Positions 1 to 6,919 of a stretch of 40,302 nucleotides of DNA are shown here, in pieces. The translations under genes were made by a program, and so were the position numbers. Source of the DNA: a virus; UHGV virus genome UHGV-1363354, one strand, 5' to 3'. The notes beneath the pieces were generated by a model, which saw only the letters and a list, made by a program, of their open reading frames with translations, ran no database searches and had not been told where the DNA came from. The number at the start of each line of letters is the position of its first letter. Position 1 is the first letter of the stretch.

Positions 1-563
1 CCGCTCTCGGCTGCCGTACACAGGTCATAATAGTGGTTGAGGCCGTCTGGCACGCCGAGAAGCCAGCACCAGGCGCGATAATCCGGCCGGGTCGGGTTTA
101 CGGTGTTGAGCGCCGGGTAGATGTTTGCCTCCCACGACTCCGGCTTGATGTCGGCGAACTCGTCAATACCGCCGCCGGTCCAGGGGATACCCTCGATACG
201 CTGCGGCTTGTCCAGGCCGATAACGTGGATCTCCGACCCGTTAGGCAGGTAAATAATCAGGTCCGATTCAGACGGGCGCCGCGGGTGCGCGCAGGACAGG
301 GTGAAAGCTTTCAGGTCGTCCCAAAATATCTTTTTGGCCTGGGCGTGGGTCGGCGCCGCCGCGAAATACATCCCCGGGATCTTGAACGCCTGTTTTACCA
401 GAAAGCGCTTGAACCGCTCGGTTTTTCCGGAGCGGCGGCCGGCGGGCACCAGCGGAAACCGGATGCCGTCGGATACGGCCTTGATAAGTTTCAGCTGTAC
501 CGGGTGATCTTTCAATTCATACCATCGTGCGCGCTGGCGCTCCAGCAGTACGTTAACACTCAT
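1..563 (-). CDS. terL: Terminase large subunit, N-terminal ATPase part (ORF runs off the window start and continues at the window end)
   Basis: Minus-strand ORF with ATG at 561-563 overlapping the terS stop (ATGA). Translation MSVNVLLERQ...PAGRRSGKTERFKRFL (Walker A) ...GGGIDEFADI (Walker B). Open to position 3 with 2 nt left over. Confidence 0.8.
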   Translation of the reverse strand, partial: MSVNVLLERQRARWYELKDHPVQLKLIKAVSDGIRFPLVPAGRRSGKTERFKRFLVKQAFKIPGMYFAAAPTHAQAKKIFWDDLKAFTLSCAHPRRPSESDLIIYLPNGSEIHVIGLDKPQRIEGIPWTGGGIDEFADIKPESWEANIYPALNTVNPTRPDYRAWCWLLGVPDGLNHYYDLCTAAES

Positions 564-1078
564 GATGGCATTTTCCCGATCAGCTCCGCCAGCTGTTCGC
601 CGATATCGGCTTTATCTTTGCCCGGGTCTACCGGCTCGCGCATACCATGGTTGCATTTCAGGATGAAGGCTGCGCCGTTACCGCCTACACCCGCGGCGGA
701 TAGCTCCATGAGAAATGCTTTCTGCAGCGATTCTGCGTCGGCGTATGCGCGATCCCATTCAGGCCAGTGCTCGCGCCAGTTGCGCAGCGTATCACGGTTG
801 ACGCCGATCGACGCGGCGAAGCGCTCGAACGTCGGCAGCTTGCTTTGCGGGATCACCTGCGCAGTGCCTTTATCCGTGTAGTGGATAATCCAGGACGCCG
901 GCTCGGAGAAATAGCGCAGCAGCGCGCCGCAGTATTCCGGGCGGTAGTCGGTCGGTTTATCGTTGCTGCCGATGTCGTGCGGAAAGCGCTCGCCTTTCTT
1001 CCGTTTCGGCGGGACGCCCCGTAGATGTTTCGGCTTCGGCTTTAGATTCATATAACCCCCATTATGCTTGCGTACCAT
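560..1078 (-). CDS. terS: Terminase small subunit
   Basis: 172-aa ORF directly upstream of terL and translationally coupled to it. Basic N-terminus (KPKPKHLRGVPPKRKKGERF) plus helix-turn-helix-like core, typical of TerS. The true start may be the internal ATG near 1051, which has a GGGGG Shine-Dalgarno. Confidence 0.65.
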   Translation of the reverse strand: MVRKHNGGYMNLKPKPKHLRGVPPKRKKGERFPHDIGSNDKPTDYRPEYCGALLRYFSEPASWIIHYTDKGTAQVIPQSKLPTFERFAASIGVNRDTLRNWREHWPEWDRAYADAESLQKAFLMELSAAGVGGNGAAFILKCNHGMREPVDPGKDKADIGEQLAELIGKMPS

Positions 1079-1117
1079 ACGCGCGCACCAGCGGCCCCCA
1101 GGGCCACGTTAAGGGGA

Positions 1118-1146
1118 TTATATAGCGGTGGTGAGGATTAGGCAAA
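1118..1146 (-). promoter_or_regulatory. Candidate sigma70 promoter for the terS-terL late operon (TTGCCT/TTTGCC - 17 - TATAAT on the minus strand)
   Basis: Consensus -10 TATAAT about 40 nt upstream of terS, read on the minus strand. Sits immediately after a terminator hairpin. Confidence 0.4.
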
Positions 1147-1168
1147 AGAAGCCCGCACGGAGGCGGGC
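1143..1168 (-). terminator. Rho-independent terminator downstream of the DUF551 gene
   Basis: GCCCGC-ctccgt-GCGGGC stem followed by TTCTTTTG on the minus strand. Confidence 0.5.
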
Positions 1169-1175
1169 AAGTGGG

Positions 1176-1752
1176 TTATTTTACAGGGACGGCCGGCAGC
1201 GGCATCCAGTGGGTTACGTCCTGGCGAATTGGCACAATTCCGTATGCGTCGTCCCAGCGCCCTTCAAAATAATACAGAGTCGATATGTCGCCACCCTTGA
1301 AGCACGCAAGGATCTGCTGCTCTTCATTCTCATCCGGCATGCGCTCGCTTACCGGAATCCATCCCTGGATTTTCACCGGGGAATTGCCAACCTGGTTAAG
1401 CATGGTGGCGCGGCAGTCGTTCCAGCCTTCTACGTATTCGGCCTCATCCTTAACAATAGCTGTCATCTTATCCGGCACTACCGGCGCCGGCTGTGCCTGG
1501 CGATATAGTAGAATAATTTGGCGCTCGTCTGCATGCGGAGTAACAGGGTTAACAGTGAAAAGGTACCCGCAACCGCCACGATCAACGTCTCGCAACTCCT
1601 GTTCATCTGTCCACGCCACCGGCTCGGATTCCATCGTCGCCAGGAGCATTTTATACGCGGCGAGGGTGTAATCCTCTTTCAGCGACCGCGCGCCAGATTC
1701 CAGCTCGGCGATACGGGCGGCGAGTGATTCTTTAGTAACGGTAGTTGTCATG
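1176..1752 (-). CDS. DUF551 domain protein (phage accessory)
   Basis: C-terminal WIPVSERMPDE...THWMPLP signature of DUF551. The track ORF is 1176..1820; the likelier start is MTTTVTKES near 1752, directly after the upstream gene's stop. Confidence 0.5.
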
Positions 1753-1947
1753 TTAATAGCTCCACATAGCAATGGTTGACTTAACGATGTTAATCGCTCG
1801 CGTAGCTTCTGTACTTTCATACGTTGCCTGTTTATTCAGGTTGCCCCGGTTCACCAGCTCGCGGCGGTGCTCCTGGGCTACGATTAGCGCCGCTTCAATC
1901 TCTGCGATCTTGGCGTCGGCCTTCTTGATTTGCTCGTCGATTGTCAT
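1753..1947 (-). CDS. Hypothetical small coiled-coil protein (64 aa)
   Basis: ORF-track ORF in a tight series of co-oriented minus-strand genes. Amphipathic helix (IDEQIKKADAKIAEIEAALIVAQEHRREL). Confidence 0.4.
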   Translation of the reverse strand: MTIDEQIKKADAKIAEIEAALIVAQEHRRELVNRGNLNKQATYESTEATRAINIVKSTIAMWSY

Positions 1948-2342
1948 TGTGATTGCTCCTCTGCGAAATAGGCCAGCGCCAGGAGAAAGGCGCGCTGGGA
2001 CTGCGGGTTTTTAAGCAGGCCGAAGCGGTGGCGGATGGTCGCCAGGTGTCGATCGAACGAATCGCGGATCCTTTCCTCATCGGCCATCTGCACAACGGCA
2101 GCGAGTAACGCCTCGTGCTGGACTTGTTCGGACGGCGGCGCATCGTCAGCTGCCGTTATCGGCTCGTATTCTTGGACTACGGAAAACTCGGCGTCTTCCA
2201 GAAACTCTGTGCGGTAACAATTACCGTATGACCCTATCGCCCACTCGTCGCCGTCATTATCGCATACCCAATCCTGGTCGTTATTGTACTCACGGCCGAC
2301 GGTGAACCAGGATACCTTTGACGCGGTGCAAATTAGTTTCAT
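1944..2342 (-). CDS. Hypothetical protein (132 aa)
   Basis: ORF with 4-nt overlaps to both neighbours (translational coupling). No recognisable domain. Confidence 0.45.
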   Translation of the reverse strand: MKLICTASKVSWFTVGREYNNDQDWVCDNDGDEWAIGSYGNCYRTEFLEDAEFSVVQEYEPITAADDAPPSEQVQHEALLAAVVQMADEERIRDSFDRHLATIRHRFGLLKNPQSQRAFLLALAYFAEEQSQ

Positions 2343-2539
2343 TCTGCTAGCTCCTGCGATTCGATTGCGGCGTAGGCCATAGCCATACAGTAGGTGGCGT
2401 AAACGCGATCGCCTACCGCTTTGCGGCCATTCAATTCCCTGCGAAATTTATCAAGTTCATTGTCGAACAGCTCGGCGATACCTAACTCGGCGACCATGCC
2501 GCGAAGCATTGCTTTTTGTGCCAGGGTTTCATTACTCAT
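2339..2539 (-). CDS. Hypothetical protein (66 aa)
   Basis: First gene after promoter (a). RBS AGGAGCAAA upstream. Confidence 0.45.
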   Translation of the reverse strand: MSNETLAQKAMLRGMVAELGIAELFDNELDKFRRELNGRKAVGDRVYATYCMAMAYAAIESQELAE

Positions 2540-2571
2540 ATGTCGTTTGCTCCTGTGTAATTGACGATATG

Positions 2572-2601
2572 AGTATAATCATACTGCAACCAACATTGCA
2601 A
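2572..2601 (-). promoter_or_regulatory. Sigma70-type promoter TTGCAA - 18 - TATACT on the minus strand, containing a GTTGGTTGC motif
   Basis: Minus-strand read cTTGCAAtgttggttgcagtatgatTATACT, about 35 nt upstream of the 2539 start. Same architecture as the promoter at 6338-6367. Confidence 0.45.
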
Positions 2602-2610
2602 GTAGCTCGC

Positions 2611-2642
2611 AAAGAAAAAGCCCCAGCTGTTAAGCCAGGGCT
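2611..2642 (-). terminator. Intrinsic terminator after the endolysin gene
   Basis: Minus-strand read AAAGCCCTGGCttaacaGCTGGGGCTTTTTCTTTG: a GC stem followed by a T-run. Confidence 0.5.
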
Positions 2643-2689
2643 TTCGGACCGTCAGGAGCAAATCAATCATGTGCAATGAGACTATAGCA

Positions 2690-3184
2690 CTACTTCACGG
2701 CCCTGCCAATAGCCTCGGCCTCGGCCGCCGATTTGCCGTCGAATAGCGCGAGTCGCCCGGTTGCGCGCCGGCGCAGTCCCAGCATCACCTTACCGCCCTG
2801 ATAGATGAACTGCGGCAGCTTGGTGCGCAGCGTCGCAATATCCCCGCGTCGCAGCGCCTGGCCGGTTCCGGTACTGGGCGCGATCACTTTCGGCCCGGCG
2901 TTGAATACCAGATCTACCATGGCGTCGAAGTACGGCCCGGTGACCAGCGGATGCGCCACTGCGTCTACCTGGCGCTCGGCGTCCGTCATATCCTGGCGCA
3001 GTAACGCCCGCGAGTCCGGCTCGGTGATACTTGCCGGCGCCTGGGCGCGCGTTCCGGTGTGACCGTATCCCCAGGTCAGGATCCCGCGCTCCTTCTCTTT
3101 GGCGGTCGCGTAATACGGCACAGGCTTAAACGTCTCCCAGCGCCGGGCGAATTCAACGGCGTTATCGCTGACTGTTCTTTGCAT
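2690..3184 (-). CDS. Endolysin, GH24 (T4-lysozyme-type) muramidase
   Basis: FARRWETFKPVPYYATAKEKERGILTWGYGHTG motif (catalytic E...D...T) characteristic of phage lysozyme family 24. Confidence 0.85.
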   Translation of the reverse strand: MQRTVSDNAVEFARRWETFKPVPYYATAKEKERGILTWGYGHTGTRAQAPASITEPDSRALLRQDMTDAERQVDAVAHPLVTGPYFDAMVDLVFNAGPKVIAPSTGTGQALRRGDIATLRTKLPQFIYQGGKVMLGLRRRATGRLALFDGKSAAEAEAIGRAVK

Positions 3185-3446
3185 GGATTAACCTCCGATA
3201 TTTGATGTAGCGCACCGACTTAACACAGGCGCTGCGCAGAAATGACAATGTGACCAGCACCAGGAGTGTTGACCAGATGAATAACGGCGCGCTGCCGTCT
3301 TTGTAGATGTGGATCAGCCCGGCTCCGCAGGTGAGAAACAGGCCCATGAATGCCAGGCGGCCCAGCAGGCCGTCGTCGACCCAGTGGGCGTAAATGTTAA
3401 ACAGCGCGGTTGCGGCGATAACGGAAAGGCAGAAGGCACTAAGCAT
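3162..3446 (-). CDS. Holin (3 predicted transmembrane segments, charged C-terminus)
   Basis: 94-aa membrane protein immediately upstream of and overlapping the lysozyme gene. Hydrophobic segments plus a KYRRLIHAKNSQR tail. Confidence 0.6.
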   Translation of the reverse strand: MLSAFCLSVIAATALFNIYAHWVDDGLLGRLAFMGLFLTCGAGLIHIYKDGSAPLFIWSTLLVLVTLSFLRSACVKSVRYIKYRRLIHAKNSQR

Positions 3447-3448
3447 GG

Positions 3449-3730
3449 CTATTTACCCCACGGTAGTTTAAAGCCGCTCGCCGCTACTTCCAGGGCCTCG
3501 AAGAATTTCCACCAGAAGGCGCCGATCACGAAAGGCACCAGGTATTGCCCGTCGGTGTCCGCCAGCTCGAAATAGCGGATCCCAAACGGTGAGAAGTAAA
3601 CGGCACAAGCGGCACCGGCGGCCAGGTGAGCGCAGCGCTTCCACAACGGTAGCTGCTCTGCTTTCTTCACCTGGGCCACGATGCCGCCGCATACGGCTGC
3701 GACGACAAGCCAGAAATATCTGTCAATCAA
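3449..3730 (-). CDS. Second holin-like / antiholin-like small membrane protein
   Basis: 93-aa protein with 2-3 hydrophobic helices. TTG start abutting a hairpin T-run. Position directly upstream of the holin. Confidence 0.4.
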   Translation of the reverse strand: MIDRYFWLVVAAVCGGIVAQVKKAEQLPLWKRCAHLAAGAACAVYFSPFGIRYFELADTDGQYLVPFVIGAFWWKFFEALEVAASGFKLPWGK

Positions 3731-3762
3731 AAAGGACCCCCGAATGAATAGTATTCGGGGGC
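3731..3762 (-). terminator. Hairpin CCCCCGAAT/ATTCGGGGG followed by a T-run (minus strand), ending at the TTG start of the next gene
   Basis: 9-bp perfect stem with 7-nt loop. GGGG within the stem could serve as the Shine-Dalgarno for the 3730 TTG start. Confidence 0.4.
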
Positions 3763-3793
3763 AGTATAGGGCGATTTAGGATTAATCTGCAAA

Positions 3794-4141
3794 TTAGCAA
3801 CGCTCGAAGTTATATCGAAGTATCTCTCCTGGGCGTATTTCCGGCTTATTTGGGATCGTATCTTCCGGATACTCCTTCGCCCAGTGATGCCAAAGCCGGT
3901 AGGCTATAGCGGCGCGGGCAACTGATTTGAACGACCCGAGATTTACGTTTCGGCCACGCGACCACACCATAGCCCGCCATTCGCAATGGCCCCCGCGGTT
4001 CAGTCGGCTAACACCTTTAATGCCAGATGGTTCCGATTGTACTCGCCGCGGGACTGGTTTCACCGGCGCTTTACAGGTGATCTTGCGCTTCGCCGCCGGG
4101 AGTTCGCTTGCGCGTTTCAGGATGTCGGTTGCGAGGCTCAT
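3794..4141 (-). CDS. AP2-domain DNA-binding protein (HNH-endonuclease-associated type, no HNH motif)
   Basis: GVSRLNRGGHCEWRAMVWSRGRNVNLGSFKSVARAAIAYRLWH matches an AP2-like fold, compared with the intact HNH-AP2 gene at 16498. Likely start MSLATDIL at 4141, overlapping the upstream stop (ATGA). Confidence 0.5.
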   Translation of the reverse strand: MSLATDILKRASELPAAKRKITCKAPVKPVPRRVQSEPSGIKGVSRLNRGGHCEWRAMVWSRGRNVNLGSFKSVARAAIAYRLWHHWAKEYPEDTIPNKPEIRPGEILRYNFERC

Positions 4142-4503
4142 GAGTATTCCCCTTGTCTTGTACGTAGCCCACACAGACGGCAGCGGCAAAGAGTAGCTAG
4201 TACGCCGATCCCTTTATCCTTAGACATTCCATACGCGACCCACTCATGTGGGCATTCTACTTCCGGTTCCGGCGTGAATGCGGCATTACCCTCCAGTTCG
4301 GCGATCAGCCGGTTGATGTACCATTGCGCCTTCTTCACGTCCTCCAGGCCGTTCTTCGCCTCATAGCGCCAGAGGTACTTAATGACGTTGGCCGTGCATA
4401 CTGCTTCGATCCCGGTCTTGTTTACGGTTGCTGCCGTTATCGCGTCAATGCACTCGACACCGCCCTGGGTGTAGTGCGACGGGTGGTTTACGTTGTCAGT
4501 CAT
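4138..4503 (-). CDS. DUF3310 family protein with C-terminal Cys cluster
   Basis: N-terminal NHPSHYTQGGVECIDAI signature of DUF3310. C-terminal CPHEW...CRCRLCG. Confidence 0.6.
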   Translation of the reverse strand: MTDNVNHPSHYTQGGVECIDAITAATVNKTGIEAVCTANVIKYLWRYEAKNGLEDVKKAQWYINRLIAELEGNAAFTPEPEVECPHEWVAYGMSKDKGIGVLATLCRCRLCGLRTRQGEYS

Positions 4504-5183
4504 TGGTCAACCTCCCACTTGATGCCAGCGGCAGTCAGACGGTCAATGACCAGTTGCTTATCGAGCACCGCCACTTCGCGACAGAAATCGTCTCCCTCGA
4601 ACTCCGTATACATGGTCGTCGGCAACTTCACGGTGACGGTCCGGGACTTCTGTTCCGGGACTCCACGCGCCAGCGTTAGCGGCAGCCATTCTCCAGATTT
4701 TTTACGCACTTCTTCCAGTTGCGAATCGTGAACCGGCCCCTCATAGCCATCATCAGATTTAACTCTCACCCAGAACATAGGAGGGTTGCAGGATGCTACA
4801 GCCCCCAGTTTCGGCATAAGCCCGGACGTAATTGCATCAACGTAAGCATCAGAAATATCCTCATCAGTTCCGTCAAAGACGTAGCAACTGTCACGGACAA
4901 ATTTCAGGAGCACTGCTTTATGCGACTCCAGCTCGGCGATGCGCGCCTGCAACTCCTCGCAGTGGTCCGTTATCCCACGGCATTGAGTTTTCCAGTAGGC
5001 TTCCATCCCCTTCGCCTTCTCCAGCGCCTCTACCAGCGCGATGACATTGTTTGGGTTAGCCAGGGCGTAAAATTTATCTGCCGCCGCACGGCCTTTCGAA
5101 TACCGGGCGATAATGGCGAGCTCTTTGGCATCGATCGCTGCCGCTTTCAGGCTCTGCGCCAGTTCGGTGATATCGGTCATCAT
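4500..5183 (-). CDS. Hypothetical protein (227 aa)
   Basis: Long ORF with 4-nt overlap to the downstream gene. N-terminal coiled-coil. Confidence 0.5.
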   Translation of the reverse strand: MMTDITELAQSLKAAAIDAKELAIIARYSKGRAAADKFYALANPNNVIALVEALEKAKGMEAYWKTQCRGITDHCEELQARIAELESHKAVLLKFVRDSCYVFDGTDEDISDAYVDAITSGLMPKLGAVASCNPPMFWVRVKSDDGYEGPVHDSQLEEVRKKSGEWLPLTLARGVPEQKSRTVTVKLPTTMYTEFEGDDFCREVAVLDKQLVIDRLTAAGIKWEVDQ

Positions 5184-5377
5184 TTATCCTTACTAATTCG
5201 TTTCGGTGAACAGTACGCGCGGATCTGCGCGTCGGGGCGCTGGCCTTCAAACAGCACCAGCGAGTTTTCCGCTTTACGGGCGGCCGCCTGGCACGCCTCC
5301 AGCGTATAGAACGTCTCGGTAGTGGGCGGCGCAAGGACCCCCTGTGCCAGCACCCAGATAAACAGGACCGATGTCAT
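5180..5377 (-). CDS. Small secreted/membrane-anchored hypothetical protein
   Basis: Start MTSVLFIWVLAQGVLAPP (signal-peptide-like) then ETFYTLEACQAAARKAEN. ATGA overlap with the upstream gene. Confidence 0.4.
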   Translation of the reverse strand: MTSVLFIWVLAQGVLAPPTTETFYTLEACQAAARKAENSLVLFEGQRPDAQIRAYCSPKRISKDK

Positions 5378-5643
5378 TCGCAAACGTCCTCCACATGGCC
5401 GCACCGGATGCACTCCCGGAACTCCGGCTCGTCAAGGTGCTGTTTCCAGATGTGGTCGCACTCCGGGTGCGCGGCTGCCGCTGTGCGCTCCTCGACCGCC
5501 TGAATAACGGAGATGCGGACGCGGTCCGACGGCAGCGCCTGCACGTGGCCGTTAGCGTTGACCCGGATAAACGCCAGGCCGGTGATCTGCGCTTCGCGTA
5601 ACGCCTCGGCGAATGCGTTCAATACTTCATGCTCACGGTTCAT
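5374..5643 (-). CDS. Hypothetical protein with C-terminal zinc-ribbon (CxHxW...CxRCGH)
   Basis: Likely start MNREHEV at 5643, preceded by the GAGGATTGCTGATTATG initiation region. Confidence 0.45.
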   Translation of the reverse strand: MNREHEVLNAFAEALREAQITGLAFIRVNANGHVQALPSDRVRISVIQAVEERTAAAAHPECDHIWKQHLDEPEFRECIRCGHVEDVCE

Positions 5644-5645
5644 AA

Positions 5646-5834
5646 TCAGCAATCCTCGTCCTCTGGTAGTGCCATGTTTAGCGCGCGTTGAGCCTTTTCG
5701 ACTACCTGGCAAAGATTGAGGTATTTAACCTCTAATGCCTCGTAGTCCTTATACGTGACATACTGGCCTTTTCCGCGTTCTTCCATATCGAAATCACCAG
5801 CGCCATGCACAATCAAATCGTATCGAGTAACCAT
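5646..5834 (-). CDS. Hypothetical small protein (about 63 aa)
   Basis: Start MVTRYD preceded by an identical 17-nt GAGGATTGCTGATTATG initiation region. Confidence 0.4.
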   Translation of the reverse strand: MVTRYDLIVHGAGDFDMEERGKGQYVTYKDYEALEVKYLNLCQVVEKAQRALNMALPEDEDC

Positions 5835-5836
5835 AA

Positions 5837-6307
5837 TCAGCAATCCTCTTTGCGGCAGCCGCGTTGTTCTGGCAGGTCGCCGGTCATATCACTAAGCCAT
5901 CTTTTGAACGCTGTCCCGGGGAATTTACGGACGTCCGGCGCCATAACTTCTAACGCCCGCATATTCGCCAGATGCAACTTGGATGCCATATCGCCGATAT
6001 CGTCGCGCAGGTCTTTATTCTGGCGACGCAATTCTTTGTTGTCACGGCGCAGATTCTGTATCAGGTTATGCGTTTCGCGAGGCATAGGCACCGCTTCTTC
6101 GCCCTTCTGTGTCTTTGTTCTCGCTTGGTAATTGTTGCCGATTAACTTATAACTCGTCTCCGCTGCGGCGGCGCCTAAGTGGCCTCCGTAATAAAGAGAG
6201 CTTCCAGTAATACATAACACCTCGCAAAAATGCTTTTTAGGCACTCTTACTACGAGAAACAGGTTACCGCTGAAATTATTGCGCCACACCTGGCCTTTCT
6301 TAAACAT
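5837..6307 (-). CDS. Hypothetical protein (156 aa), C-terminal coiled-coil
   Basis: First gene downstream of promoter (b). RBS GAGGAGCAAA. Confidence 0.5.
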   Translation of the reverse strand: MFKKGQVWRNNFSGNLFLVVRVPKKHFCEVLCITGSSLYYGGHLGAAAAETSYKLIGNNYQARTKTQKGEEAVPMPRETHNLIQNLRRDNKELRRQNKDLRDDIGDMASKLHLANMRALEVMAPDVRKFPGTAFKRWLSDMTGDLPEQRGCRKEDC

Positions 6308-6337
6308 GATATTTGCTCCTCTCGTTTAGGTCCTCTG

Positions 6338-6367
6338 AGTATATGTCTAAATCAATGTTGGTTGCAA
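6338..6367 (-). promoter_or_regulatory. Sigma70-type promoter TTGCAA - 18 - TATACT (minus strand), overlapping an ATGTTGGTTGCAAT motif
   Basis: Minus-strand read TTGCAAccaacattgatttagacaTATACT, about 30 nt upstream of the 6307 start. Confidence 0.45.
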
Positions 6368-6639
6368 TACCGAATATCAAAAATAAGGGGCCGCGGTAAC
6401 TGGTATGGTAGTCTACTAGCCTACTTGCGTGCGTGGTGTGCGGAATTGGCTAGGACTAATCTTAATATGGAGAACCGCCCCCAACGCCCGCCAGCACTGC
6501 GATACGGGGATATATTAGTGGTATAGAGAACCACCCTCCCCGACGCTAAAACCTGCGTAACTCGCTGCCAGAATCACCGCAACCAACCAGAAAAATTATC
6601 CTGGCTCCTCGTAGCTGATACTTGCTGCCGTGATATTTA

Positions 6640-6919
6640 CATTCGAGCTATTGCAAACTCGCAATTAAAATGATATGCTCACTGCGTTCGCTTGGCAAAG
6701 CCCGCCAAGGCGACTTGCCTGCGACGCAAGAACGTGAGCATTTCAGGTTTTGCGAATAAAATCCCTCCATAAATCAATCACTTACCTACCGACTCGCAAT
6801 CCATTTTTGCGAAAACCAACAAAAACACCCTAAGTCATTGAAAACGTTACTCGCAATCTCATTCGCAAAATTTTGCGAGTCTTGCGAGTCGATTCGCATT
6901 ACTCGCAACACGTATTATT
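6640..6919. repeat. Iteron-like cluster of at least 8 CTCGCAA / TTGCGA(A/G) heptamers, including the perfect 16-bp palindrome TCGCAAAATTTTGCGA at about 6863-6878
   Basis: Heptamers in both orientations with AT-rich spacers in about 280 bp of non-coding DNA directly downstream of the primase-helicase gene. A 43-bp block (6849-6891) is copied at 36779-36821 with 1 mismatch. Confidence 0.55.

Noticed and set aside
33-881. 282-aa plus-strand ORF (and 301..507, 767..1024) at the window start
   Set aside because: Antisense to the terS/terL genes, which have clear terminase motifs. Starts with GTG and has an Arg/Pro-rich, GC-driven composition. A spurious shadow ORF.
2655-2747. Short plus-strand ORF with a good CAGGAGCAAA RBS
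   Set aside because: Only about 25 codons, and it runs antisense into the endolysin gene. Probably a coincidental copy of the recurrent RBS context.
6385-6490. tRNA-like start (GGGGCCG ... CCGCCCCC about 95 nt apart)
   Set aside because: No GTTCRANYC T-loop and no D-loop consensus, so no cloverleaf can be drawn. No tRNA is called anywhere in the window.
6640-6919. Possible CRISPR array, given the short repeated elements
   Set aside because: Repeat units are 7 nt, irregularly spaced and in both orientations, with no spacer-repeat periodicity and no cas genes.
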